IMG/VR virus record: IMGVR_UViG_2545824543_000001
Reading direction: 5' to 3' (one strand)
DNA length: 45,840 nucleotides
Origin: a virus
The notes below the pieces were generated by a model. That model did not search any database, was not told the DNA's origin, and saw nothing but the letters and a program-made list of their open reading frames with translations. The position numbers were made by a program, and so were the translations under genes. Below, one piece after another: positions 1-8,123 of the stretch (position 1 is its first letter; each line of letters begins with the position of its first letter).

Positions 1-95
1 TCCATCATGGGTGCGATACTGAATCGGTGATGCGCTGAAATCGCTGAATTATTTGACATTCCCGATGAAATCCGTTGCGCATGTTGCTGTTAACC
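1..95. repeat. Left copy of the exact 95-nt terminal direct repeat (att core duplication or circular-contig overlap)
   Basis: Positions 1-95 read identically to 45746-45840 (compared base by base). Confidence 0.95.
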
Positions 96-186
96 GTGCT
101 CTTTGATGCTGTTTTCACATCATTGCACCCCGTTTCTAATCCGGTAATATTACAAGGTAATACCGAGGGAGCTTTGTAATACCGCA

Positions 187-1284
187 ATGGGAACCATCCT
201 AGTTCGCCCCCGCAGTAATGGCACGACTGCGTTCATGGCGAAGATCATTCTGAAGCGTGCCGGGACCGTCATACACCGGGAGAGCAAGACATTCGAGCGA
301 CGCGCCGCCGCTGTTGCCTGGATTGAGAAGCGCGAAGGCGAGCTTGCGCGTCCCGGCGAGATCGAGCGCGCGAACGCGTCAAAGGTCACGCTGGCGGATG
401 CCATCGACAAATACACGACCGACAGCGCCAAGGAGATCGGCCGCACGAAGGCCCAGGTTCTTAAGGCAATCAAGTCCTACAGCATCGCCGCGAAGGAATG
501 CCACCTGATCCAGTCGTCAGATATTGTCGCGCTATCGAAGGAACTCGCGAAAGGCAGGAAGCCTCAAACCGTCGCGAACTATCTCAGCCACTTGGCGGCA
601 GTCTTCGCGATAGCAGGCCCGGCTTGGGGATACCGTTTAGACGCCCAGGCGATGAAGGACGCCTTCACCGTAGGCAAGCGGCTCGGATACACCGGCAAGT
701 CACAAGAACGCGACCGCCGCCCGACGCTCGACGAACTCGAGACGCTGCTGACGCATTACCAGGAGCGCCACCGTCGCCGCCCGCGTTCATGCCCTATGCA
801 CTACGTGTGCGCGTTCGCGCTGTTCTCGACGCGGCGGCAGGAGGAATTGACCCGCATCCGTTGGGAGGATTTGGACGTGCCGGGCTCGCGCGTCATGGTG
901 CGAGACATGAAAAACCCGGGCGAGAAGATCGGAAATAATGTTTGGTGCGATCTTCCTGAGCCCGCGCTGCGCATCATTCAAGCCATGCCGAAAAAGGGAG
1001 AGCGGATTTTTCCCTACTCAGCCAGATCGATCAGCGCGAACTTCACCCGCACGTGCCAATTGTTGGGGATCGAAGACTTGCACTTTCACGACCTACGGCA
1101 CGACGGAGTGTCCAGACTGTTCGAGATCGGAACGTCTATTCCGCGCGCCGCCGCCGTATCAGGGCACCGCTCATGGCAAACGCTTCAGCGCTACACTCAC
1201 ATGCGGCAGGCGGGAGATAAATATGCGGGCTGGAAATGGCTCGATGTCGTTTCCAGCCCGCTCGCCGTCAGTACCAGTTCTTGA
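187..1284 (+). CDS. int: Tyrosine recombinase (phage integrase)
   Basis: 365 aa. C-terminal catalytic signature HFHDLRHDGVSRL...GHRSWQTLQRYTH fits the R-H-R-Y family. Lies next to the non-coding att-like region. Confidence 0.9.
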   Translation: MGTILVRPRSNGTTAFMAKIILKRAGTVIHRESKTFERRAAAVAWIEKREGELARPGEIERANASKVTLADAIDKYTTDSAKEIGRTKAQVLKAIKSYSIAAKECHLIQSSDIVALSKELAKGRKPQTVANYLSHLAAVFAIAGPAWGYRLDAQAMKDAFTVGKRLGYTGKSQERDRRPTLDELETLLTHYQERHRRRPRSCPMHYVCAFALFSTRRQEELTRIRWEDLDVPGSRVMVRDMKNPGEKIGNNVWCDLPEPALRIIQAMPKKGERIFPYSARSISANFTRTCQLLGIEDLHFHDLRHDGVSRLFEIGTSIPRAAAVSGHRSWQTLQRYTHMRQAGDKYAGWKWLDVVSSPLAVSTSS

Positions 1285-2191
1285 AAATGTCCTTGCGCTT
1301 CTTGATGATCAGCACCGCAGCGACGAGAACGATGCAGACGCCGGTCGCAATGAGCGGATAAGTGACGAACTTCGGCAGGCTGCTTTCTGAGGCGACGCCG
1401 GTTTGCTTCACGCCCTCAGCGGCCCCGCCCACGACGCAACCACCGCCGCCAGCGGCGATTGCTCTGCGTTCCTTCTCCGTCGCCGCGTCGATCACGTCCT
1501 TGCCGGGTGTCGACGTTGGCGGCGAGCCCGGCAGGCGATTAATGATGGCCTCGTTACCGGCCATGCGCGCGCGTCGATCAGCAAGCCCGTTTGTGCCGCC
1601 GTTCCATAGCCGCACGCAGCCGATGAAGTCGCCGGTATCGGCTTTGGCGTTCATCTTCTTCCACGTCCAGAACGCCGCCGACACTGCCGCCTGATTGTCG
1701 TACTTCGCGGCAATCTCGGGCTTGTCTTCAAGCGGCAGCTTAGCCAGTGCGCCGACTTTCGCGTAACCGTCGCGCCCAGTGATCTGCGGCCCACCGCGCC
1801 CGATGAAGCGAGAGCCATCGTCGGAGCCGGGACGGTTGCCCATCCGGTTGCCATAGATGTCGTCGAAGGCGCGCTTCTGCCAGCCGCTTTTAGTGCCGTA
1901 CTTCGCACGCACAGCGTCCGCGTTCTCGAAACGGTTCGGCCAAACTGCGGCCATGCGCGCCGCCGTGTAATTGATATTCTCCGTCAGGTTCTTGATCGTG
2001 AACCCGTCGACCTCGTGCTCGATGTTCGCGAAGAAAAACTTCAGCCGGTTGCGCGTGTGGTTGATGCCAGCCGGACCAAGTATCGAATCCTGCTTGTCGA
2101 TGAAATCCTTAAGCACCGCTTCCGGAGCTTTCGGAAATAGCGCGCGCATGCTTGGCAGATCGAGACGGATTGTCATTGTGCGGTTCTCCAT
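1268..2191 (-). CDS. Glycoside hydrolase family 19 (chitinase-like) endolysin with a C-terminal transmembrane anchor
   Basis: Motifs FFANIEHEVDGF, ENINY and RFIGRGGPQITGRDGY are typical of GH19 lysozymes. C-terminus is FVTYPLIATGVCIVLVAAVLIIKKRK. The second ATG at 2176 has a better SD (GGAGAA) and may be the true start. Confidence 0.8.
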   Translation of the reverse strand: MENRTMTIRLDLPSMRALFPKAPEAVLKDFIDKQDSILGPAGINHTRNRLKFFFANIEHEVDGFTIKNLTENINYTAARMAAVWPNRFENADAVRAKYGTKSGWQKRAFDDIYGNRMGNRPGSDDGSRFIGRGGPQITGRDGYAKVGALAKLPLEDKPEIAAKYDNQAAVSAAFWTWKKMNAKADTGDFIGCVRLWNGGTNGLADRRARMAGNEAIINRLPGSPPTSTPGKDVIDAATEKERRAIAAGGGGCVVGGAAEGVKQTGVASESSLPKFVTYPLIATGVCIVLVAAVLIIKKRKDIFKNWY

Positions 2192-2417
2192 GATGAAACC
2201 GCGACAACCATTGCCCCGCGATAGTTGAGACAGAGAACACCCTTGAGGCGGCTTCTCTCAACCTATCCGGCCAGGGTGGATAGGTGAAACATGGTTTTGA
2301 TCGTCCGTGCAGAGCGGCATAGGCTTCGCCTCAAAGGGGGGTGTCATTGATGGCCTATGTAATCAAGGCAAACCGGTAAGTGGGCCGCAGCGCGGAATGA
2401 TCCATGCTGCGGCTCGT

Positions 2418-3287
2418 TTATTTTTTGCGGCCCATAACGCGGACATTGCAGCCCTGCTCAAGCAATAAGCTTGCGATGCCGTCCCCTGTGCCCCGGCCCG
2501 GCGCATCAGAATCAGGCCAAACGATAACGCTACGACCCTTTAGCGGCGTCCAATCCGTATGCTTTGCGCCCTCTGTGCCGCCAGCCCACGACACGACAGC
2601 GCGGCCCGTCGCCTTCACCAGAGCATCGCGGCACTTCTCGCCCTCCGCAACGATCACTTGCCCGTCGCCCATCGCTTCGAGCCCGTACAGTGGGCGCGGC
2701 TTTGGGAACGGAAAGCGGCACCACCCTTCGCGTCCGTTCGGCAAGCGAACCCACATTACCATCGGCGTTTCTTTTTTGCCGTCCGGCAGATCATGGCGCA
2801 ACACGTAGCCGAATAGCGAACCGTCTTCGCGACGATACGGGAATATCATCGACGGCACGAACGACCCGACTTCGCGCTCAGTGCCAGCGCGCTTTGGATT
2901 GTAGAGCGTCACTCGCTTGCCCGGCTCGATCTCGTCGACCGGATCGACGGGCACGATACCGGCATACACGTCTCGCACTTCGACGTGACGCGGCGCGATG
3001 TTCGGCCCCGCCGCCTCGCCCTTCAGAATGCTGATCGCGCCAGGGAGATCGACCCGTTTAATCTGCCGGACAAAATCGAGAACGTCGCCCTTCGCGCCAC
3101 AGCCGAAGCAGTGCATCCGCTGCACGCGATCCCGTCCGTGGAAGATCGTAAACGAAGGCGTATCCTCTTCGTGGAACGGGCACGGCGCAACCCACTCGTC
3201 GCCGTCCTTCACCAGCGGAACGCCGAAGCGCTCCGCTGTTTCCGCAAGCGAGACTTCGCGCCGGATCAGATCGGTGTCTGAGATCAT
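2418..3287 (-). CDS. DnaG-type DNA primase (CHC2 zinc finger plus Toprim)
   Basis: CPFHEEDTPSF...HCFGCGAKGDVLDF is a CHC2 finger. VIVAEGEKCRDAL and VIVWPDSDAPGR are Toprim-like acidic motifs. Start overlaps the upstream stop as ATGA. Confidence 0.8.
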   Translation of the reverse strand: MISDTDLIRREVSLAETAERFGVPLVKDGDEWVAPCPFHEEDTPSFTIFHGRDRVQRMHCFGCGAKGDVLDFVRQIKRVDLPGAISILKGEAAGPNIAPRHVEVRDVYAGIVPVDPVDEIEPGKRVTLYNPKRAGTEREVGSFVPSMIFPYRREDGSLFGYVLRHDLPDGKKETPMVMWVRLPNGREGWCRFPFPKPRPLYGLEAMGDGQVIVAEGEKCRDALVKATGRAVVSWAGGTEGAKHTDWTPLKGRSVIVWPDSDAPGRGTGDGIASLLLEQGCNVRVMGRKK

Positions 3288-3700
3288 GCCAATATTCCCG
3301 CCAAGTCTTCATCGTTGCGGGCGATGCCTGCTCGCCCGCCCGCCTTCGATACAGCATCGATCCACGCGACTTGCTCAGGAGACGCCCGGCCCTTGTCCGT
3401 CTTCACTTCGACTTGCGCGTAAACGGCGACCGTCGACCCGACCATATCGGGAGTGATAACGACCGGCACCCACCCGCCGAGGTCCGACATTCCTTCGACG
3501 CCAGCACGGAAGGGCCGCGCCTTGCGTATCACAACGTCACCCGAGCCGAGCGTAACGAGCCGACCGGGATAGCCCTGCTCGACGCGGCCAATCCAAGCCA
3601 TGCCGACCTGCTGACGGAAAAGCCGCGCGCCGAGTTGCGACGCGCGGGCTTGCAGTCGGCGCATAAGATCGCCTTCTGTCACGTCATGCCTCGCCTTCAA
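3284..3700 (-). CDS. VRR-NUC domain nuclease (PD-(D/E)XK fold)
   Basis: 138 aa. SDLGGW ... QVEVKTDKGRASPEQVAWIDAV matches the D...E-x-K VRR-NUC pattern. Confidence 0.65.
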   Translation of the reverse strand: MKARHDVTEGDLMRRLQARASQLGARLFRQQVGMAWIGRVEQGYPGRLVTLGSGDVVIRKARPFRAGVEGMSDLGGWVPVVITPDMVGSTVAVYAQVEVKTDKGRASPEQVAWIDAVSKAGGRAGIARNDEDLAGILA

Positions 3701-4148
3701 GCCGCGCGCCTTGCGGCCCGGCTTCTTGGTTCTGGTACTTGCCAGAGTAAGGCGCTTCGCTCGGAGCGTCCAAGCGATAGAACAGAATTTGCGCGATAGG
3801 GTCGCCGCTATCGATGCGCAAAACCTGATCCCCTTGGTTCTTAAGTTCGAGCGTCAAGTATCCCTTCCAACCCGGCTCGATCACCGTATTGAAAACGGAA
3901 AGCCCTTTCCGCGCCCAAGAACTTTTATCTTTGACCAGCGCAAGCACATCGGCCGGCATGTCAAAGTGCTCAATGCTCGAAGCGAGCGAGAAGGCACCCG
4001 GCGCAAGGTACAGGGTTTCGCAGATACGAATATCGTAGCCAGCGACAGACAAGCCGTAGCTACGACCACGCACGACGCTACGCTCGACGAACGGCTCGAC
4101 AGGACGCAGCGCCCTGATTGTTTGAGCGGACAGAATCATATGCGCCAC
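3684..4148 (-). CDS. dCTP deaminase / dUTPase superfamily protein
   Basis: 154 aa. GYDIRICE ... VIEPGWKGYLTLELKN ... PIAQILF resembles the Dcd family core. Confidence 0.7.
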   Translation of the reverse strand: MAHMILSAQTIRALRPVEPFVERSVVRGRSYGLSVAGYDIRICETLYLAPGAFSLASSIEHFDMPADVLALVKDKSSWARKGLSVFNTVIEPGWKGYLTLELKNQGDQVLRIDSGDPIAQILFYRLDAPSEAPYSGKYQNQEAGPQGARLEGEA

Positions 4149-4149
4149 C

Positions 4150-4602
4150 TCAGAACGGAATTTCGTCGTCGATGCCGACCTGAGCCGGATCTTGCGGAGC
4201 TTGCGGCCTGCTGGCGTTTTGGTTCGGATCGGACATGCCGCGCCCGCCGCCGTTATCGCCCAGCAGGATCAGGCTGCCGTTGAAGCCGGACAAAACGACT
4301 TCCGTCGTAGAGCGCTCGATATCCTGCTTATCCTTCCACTTGCGCGTTTGCAGCGCGCCCTCGACGTAAATCCTGCTGCCCTTCTTGACGTACTTCTCGA
4401 TGACCTTCACGAGAGCGTCGTTCCAGACCGTGACGCGATGCCATTCCGTCCGCTCTTTTTTCTCGCCGGTTGCCTTATCCTTCCAGCTTTCCGTGGTTGC
4501 GATTGAAAAATTCGCAACGCGCTGGCTTGTGCTCACATCGCGAAAGTCAGGGTCTTGCCCCACGTTCCCGATGATCTGCACCTTGTTGAGATAACCCGCC
4601 AT
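4150..4602 (-). CDS. ssb: Single-stranded DNA-binding protein
   Basis: OB-fold N-terminus MAGYLNKVQIIGNVGQDPDFR, Gly-rich linker and the canonical acidic tail DDEIPF. Confidence 0.95.
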   Translation of the reverse strand: MAGYLNKVQIIGNVGQDPDFRDVSTSQRVANFSIATTESWKDKATGEKKERTEWHRVTVWNDALVKVIEKYVKKGSRIYVEGALQTRKWKDKQDIERSTTEVVLSGFNGSLILLGDNGGGRGMSDPNQNASRPQAPQDPAQVGIDDEIPF

Positions 4603-5251
4603 TTAGTCCCCCTGTTTCGTTCATCACCAAGCGATAGCCTTGGCGATAGCCTACATTTTCAATCGATACGCCAGTTCCAACTAACTTCTCCCTCAGATGG
4701 CAGAGCGCCACCTTGAAAGCCGCATACATTTTTGACGCGCTCGGACCGCCGTCCGGATCGTCCGCGTACATCTCGTTAAAGATTGTTTCGGGCTGCACCG
4801 CGCGGCCCTTCCCAGACCATACCGCGCGCAAGATTGACTCTTGCAGCGGCGACAAACCTGCAGCGTGCGCGATGATGTCGACAGTCGGCTGCGGAACGCT
4901 TTGTTCGCAGCATGGGCAGGAATGTTTTACAGGTCGCAAGAGGGTCGCAAGAATTTCCGCGCGCGCCTCGACCAGATTTTCAATCCTAAAATTATCCGAA
5001 TTTCCGTCAGCAAACCGGATCATATTCCGCGTGATACCGTGGTGCCAGTTCCAGACGAGATAGTGAGCGGAGAAAAAACTGCCGCCGAGACGCACGAAAG
5101 GTTTCTTGCGACCCTCTTGCGACTTGCGCCAAGTGATCGCGCGCCCGCCGTTTCTCTGTCCAGATGCAGAATGCTGCCAGTACAGCATGCCGTCGCGGTA
5201 ATCCAACAAGCGCCGCGCTTCTTCCTTCAAGATCTGGTTTGGTATTTTCAT
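4547..5251 (-). CDS. HNH_3-like (degenerate) domain fused to an OmpR/PhoB-type winged-helix DNA-binding domain
   Basis: N-terminal half LYWQH...FFSAHYLVWNWHHG...IRFADGNSDNFRIENL is HNH_3-like, with the first His replaced. C-terminal half ...VALCHLREKL...VGYRQGYRLV is Trans_reg_C-like. The 3' end overlaps ssb by 56 nt. Confidence 0.55.
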   Translation of the reverse strand: MKIPNQILKEEARRLLDYRDGMLYWQHSASGQRNGGRAITWRKSQEGRKKPFVRLGGSFFSAHYLVWNWHHGITRNMIRFADGNSDNFRIENLVEARAEILATLLRPVKHSCPCCEQSVPQPTVDIIAHAAGLSPLQESILRAVWSGKGRAVQPETIFNEMYADDPDGGPSASKMYAAFKVALCHLREKLVGTGVSIENVGYRQGYRLVMNETGGLNGGLSQQGADHRERGARP

Positions 5252-6663
5252 ACGCCGACCCTGCCCCCCTTAGCTTGTCGCGCCGTGTAAATGTGAGCGG
5301 CCCATGCTTCCGGCCGCTTGTATCCGCGCGCAGTTGCGAGCGCGACCAGAGCGTCTAGCGTCTTCGCTTCCGCCTGTTCGCGCTTGCGTTCGCGGCGGAT
5401 CGCTTCAACGTCGACCTCTTGCAATTCGCCGTCGACTTCTTCGATCTCACGCGGGCCGACCGTGGCACGCTTCTTCTCGTAGACGTGGCCGCACTCCGGA
5501 CACTTCGCGGCAGGCTGATGCGCGGCGAAGCATGACGGGCAGACGAGCAATTCAGCTTCGCGCTTCTTCTGCTTGCGCCCTTCGAGCGACCATTCGCGTT
5601 CTTCGTCGGGCAGGCCCAGGTTCGGCTTGGCAAAGCCGCCGACCATATCGATCAGGATATGAGGGACGCCGGTCCCATCCTGGCGAAGTCCGCGACCGTG
5701 CTTCTGCAAATGCCGCGCGAGCGATTGCGTTGGCGAGTTATCAAGCACGCATTCAATCGTCACCGGCCGGTCGACTTGCGCCGCGAGGTCGAAGCCCTCG
5801 CAGAAGAGTTGGCAATTGACGATGATGTCTATCTGCCGGTCAGCGAAGCCGATGAACGCGGCGCGTCGATCCGCTTGCGGCGTCTCGCCATCGAGCGCAA
5901 CGGCCATCACACCAGCGGCGCGAAACTCAGCGGCCAGACGTTCGGCGCTTTCGATGGACGGCGAGAATGCAATAGTGCGCTTGCCGAGCGCCTTGCTTTT
6001 CCAATGCTTCACGGCGTTTGCGAGAACGCCCTTGCCTGACATGAGGCTATCGAGATCCGACGAGACGTATTCGCCGCCTCGCGTGCGTAAGCCGCTCAGA
6101 TCGAGCCCGGCAGGAGAGAACGCACGGTAACGCGACAGGTGGCCGTTCTCGATCAGCCACCGGACAGACGGCCCCATGACCATCGTATCCCACACGTCGC
6201 CCAGCGGCTTGCCGTCTAAGCGCTCCGGAGATCCCGTCAGGCCGATAAGCTTCGCGCCTTCGGCCTTGTAGTGCAGCGCGACTTTCGCCCATCCGCTTGC
6301 CATGCTCAGGTGGGCTTCATCGACCATGACGTAACCAGCGGGAATTTTCCCGAGGCGATTTTTCAGTGTCGCGATAGAGGCGATGAAGACGCGATGATGA
6401 GGATTTAGATGATGCCCGGCAGCGATGTAAGAAAACGGGATGCCGAATTTATAGAACGTCTTCGCTGTTTGCGTGATCAGGTCGACGCGATGGACGCAGA
6501 AGATTACGCGCTTCTTCGCCTCGAAAATGCTCTTGATCAATGCGCCCGCGAGAACGGTCTTACCGAAGCCAGTCGGCGCATAGGTCAGCACCGACGCGTT
6601 CTCGCGCAGTGCAACGCGGAGCTTCGCGCGAACGTCATCCTGATCAGGGCGCAGCGTGATCAT
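5248..6663 (-). CDS. Superfamily 2 DEAD/DEAH-box helicase with a C-terminal zinc ribbon
   Basis: Walker A is APTGFGKT, motif II is VMVDEAH, and helicase C motifs are present. Zinc ribbon is CPSCFAAHQPAAKCPECGH. Confidence 0.85.
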   Translation of the reverse strand: MITLRPDQDDVRAKLRVALRENASVLTYAPTGFGKTVLAGALIKSIFEAKKRVIFCVHRVDLITQTAKTFYKFGIPFSYIAAGHHLNPHHRVFIASIATLKNRLGKIPAGYVMVDEAHLSMASGWAKVALHYKAEGAKLIGLTGSPERLDGKPLGDVWDTMVMGPSVRWLIENGHLSRYRAFSPAGLDLSGLRTRGGEYVSSDLDSLMSGKGVLANAVKHWKSKALGKRTIAFSPSIESAERLAAEFRAAGVMAVALDGETPQADRRAAFIGFADRQIDIIVNCQLFCEGFDLAAQVDRPVTIECVLDNSPTQSLARHLQKHGRGLRQDGTGVPHILIDMVGGFAKPNLGLPDEEREWSLEGRKQKKREAELLVCPSCFAAHQPAAKCPECGHVYEKKRATVGPREIEEVDGELQEVDVEAIRRERKREQAEAKTLDALVALATARGYKRPEAWAAHIYTARQAKGGRVGV

Positions 6664-6872
6664 CGGCCGACCACCATGCGCTTGATGTCAGGTTCATGCG
6701 GAGCCATGCGCTTGAGCCGTGCCGCAAGCTCGCGCATAATTTCGACGTCGACGAGTTCGAGCGATAGCAATGCCGGACCCGCGTTGCCTCCATTGTAGGG
6801 ATGACAACGCATCACAAGGGCCTCAACGAACTCGGCCTGCTGTTGTAGAGTCAGACGCGGCGCGGAGGTCAT
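6660..6872 (-). CDS. Hypothetical protein
   Basis: 70-aa ORF tightly packed between the Cro-like gene and the helicase, with 4-nt overlaps. Confidence 0.55.
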   Translation of the reverse strand: MTSAPRLTLQQQAEFVEALVMRCHPYNGGNAGPALLSLELVDVEIMRELAARLKRMAPHEPDIKRMVVGR

Positions 6873-7111
6873 TTGCCCCCCGGCGTCAGATCGCGCGATG
6901 TCAGTACGACCTTTAGCTTTTTGGCAACCGCAAGCAGATGTTTCTGGTCACGACCGTTAATTAGTCCTTCTTCGTCCTTAAGGGCGCGACTAACCTTGGA
7001 TCTATGCCTGTCAATCTCTCTGGCAAATGCCGACTGCGACAAGCCAAATTTATGAAAAACGCGTCGCCACGGCGTTGAGTTTTCTAGGGGGTGTTTCACG
7101 AGCTTGACCAT
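6869..7111 (-). CDS. Cro-like HTH transcriptional regulator
   Basis: 80 aa. HTH is LSQSAFAREIDRHRSKVSRAL. First gene of the leftward early operon, divergent from the CI-like gene. Confidence 0.7.
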   Translation of the reverse strand: MVKLVKHPLENSTPWRRVFHKFGLSQSAFAREIDRHRSKVSRALKDEEGLINGRDQKHLLAVAKKLKVVLTSRDLTPGGK

Positions 7112-7269
7112 TCAAAGTAGTGCGATATTCGCAACATACGTTGCGCTTCTCGCATCGTCAAGCATCGAGCGCAACGCGCCGCATTTATTAAAGGGGGGTA
7201 TATGCCACTTGCAAGTTGTTGCGATAAATGCAACATGAAGGCGCATCATAGGGAGTCGCGTATAGGCCG
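7112..7269. promoter_or_regulatory. Immunity switch region with divergent promoters and GTTGC/GCAAC dyad operators
   Basis: Minus strand reads TTGACG (7156-7161), 17 nt, TATGTT (7133-7138), overlapping the dyad GTTGCGAATATCGCAC (7119-7135). A perfect GTTGC-N7-GCAAC lies at 7218-7234. GCAAC-ATAC-GTTGC lies at 7131-7145. Confidence 0.65.
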
Positions 7270-7887
7270 ATGTCAGATACAGCGCACGTCGACAGCGAGT
7301 GGTTTCGCACACGGTTCGCTCAGAAGGGAACGTCTTATAGGGCGTTCGCTCGCGAGCATGGCATGGACCCATCCGCCGTGTCGCGCATGCTGACAGGTCA
7401 AAGACGAATGCAGAGGGATGAAGCCGCCGCCATCGCTCAATTTATCGGCGCACCAGTCAGCGAAGTTTTGAAACATGCGGGCGTAACCATCGACGGCGAG
7501 TTCACGCCGATACTGCTCGTCGCAACGATCAATGAGCACGGCCAAATCGAGCGCCTACCGGAGCCGCGACCGTTGCCGCATTCAGTGATCGAGCGAGCGC
7601 AGTCTGCGATTGATGCGGTCCCGCGTGTTCTCGCTGCGCAGATTCGTGCGCTGACTGGACCGTTGACCGTCATGGATGATGCGCTTGTATTGTTCAGCCA
7701 CACCGATGACGTTGAGCCTACTTCGATAGGTGCGTTGTCTATCTGCCGGAACTTCGCGGGCGATCAAATCCTCGCCAAGATCGAGCGCGCCAGGAAGACC
7801 GGCGAGGCGCGCGTCGTCACGATTGACGGCAAGGTCAAGGAATTTGACCTGCAAACAGCGACGCCAATTCTGACGATCATTCCATAA
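7270..7887 (+). CDS. CI-like repressor (XRE-type HTH N-terminus, non-S24-looking C-terminal domain)
   Basis: 205 aa. HTH is SYRAFAREHGMDPSAVSRMLTGQRRM. Divergent from the Cro-like gene and followed by a strong hairpin terminator. Confidence 0.7.
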   Translation: MSDTAHVDSEWFRTRFAQKGTSYRAFAREHGMDPSAVSRMLTGQRRMQRDEAAAIAQFIGAPVSEVLKHAGVTIDGEFTPILLVATINEHGQIERLPEPRPLPHSVIERAQSAIDAVPRVLAAQIRALTGPLTVMDDALVLFSHTDDVEPTSIGALSICRNFAGDQILAKIERARKTGEARVVTIDGKVKEFDLQTATPILTIIP

Positions 7888-7892
7888 AACAC

Positions 7893-7938
7893 GGAAGGCC
7901 GGTAACTCCCGCAACTGAGTTACCGGCCTTCTCTTGCT
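7893..7938 (+). terminator. Hairpin terminator after the CI-like gene
   Basis: GGAAGGCCGGTAACTC (7893-7908) pairs with GAGTTACCGGCCTTC (7917-7931). The trailing tract TCTTGCT is only weakly T-rich. Confidence 0.55.
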
Positions 7939-8123
7939 GGCGCGCCCCGCTGCCGAGCAAATTAAAAAGCGTGCAGTTCCTAGAGGGATTCGCGGGTTTA
8001 TTGGGACTTCTCAAGCGGCCCACCGCAAAGCCGCTGCACCGGCTAATCGTTGCGATAAAAGCATTAACGATGTGTTTCCGTCAACGGGCGATGTGATTTA
8101 TTTTTAAAATCGCATCGGCCGCC

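Noticed and set aside
1-186. A tRNA or tmRNA 3' fragment might serve as the att core.
   Set aside because: No acceptor/T-arm-like pairing or GGTTCGAATCC-type T-loop is visible on either strand of the repeat or its flanks.
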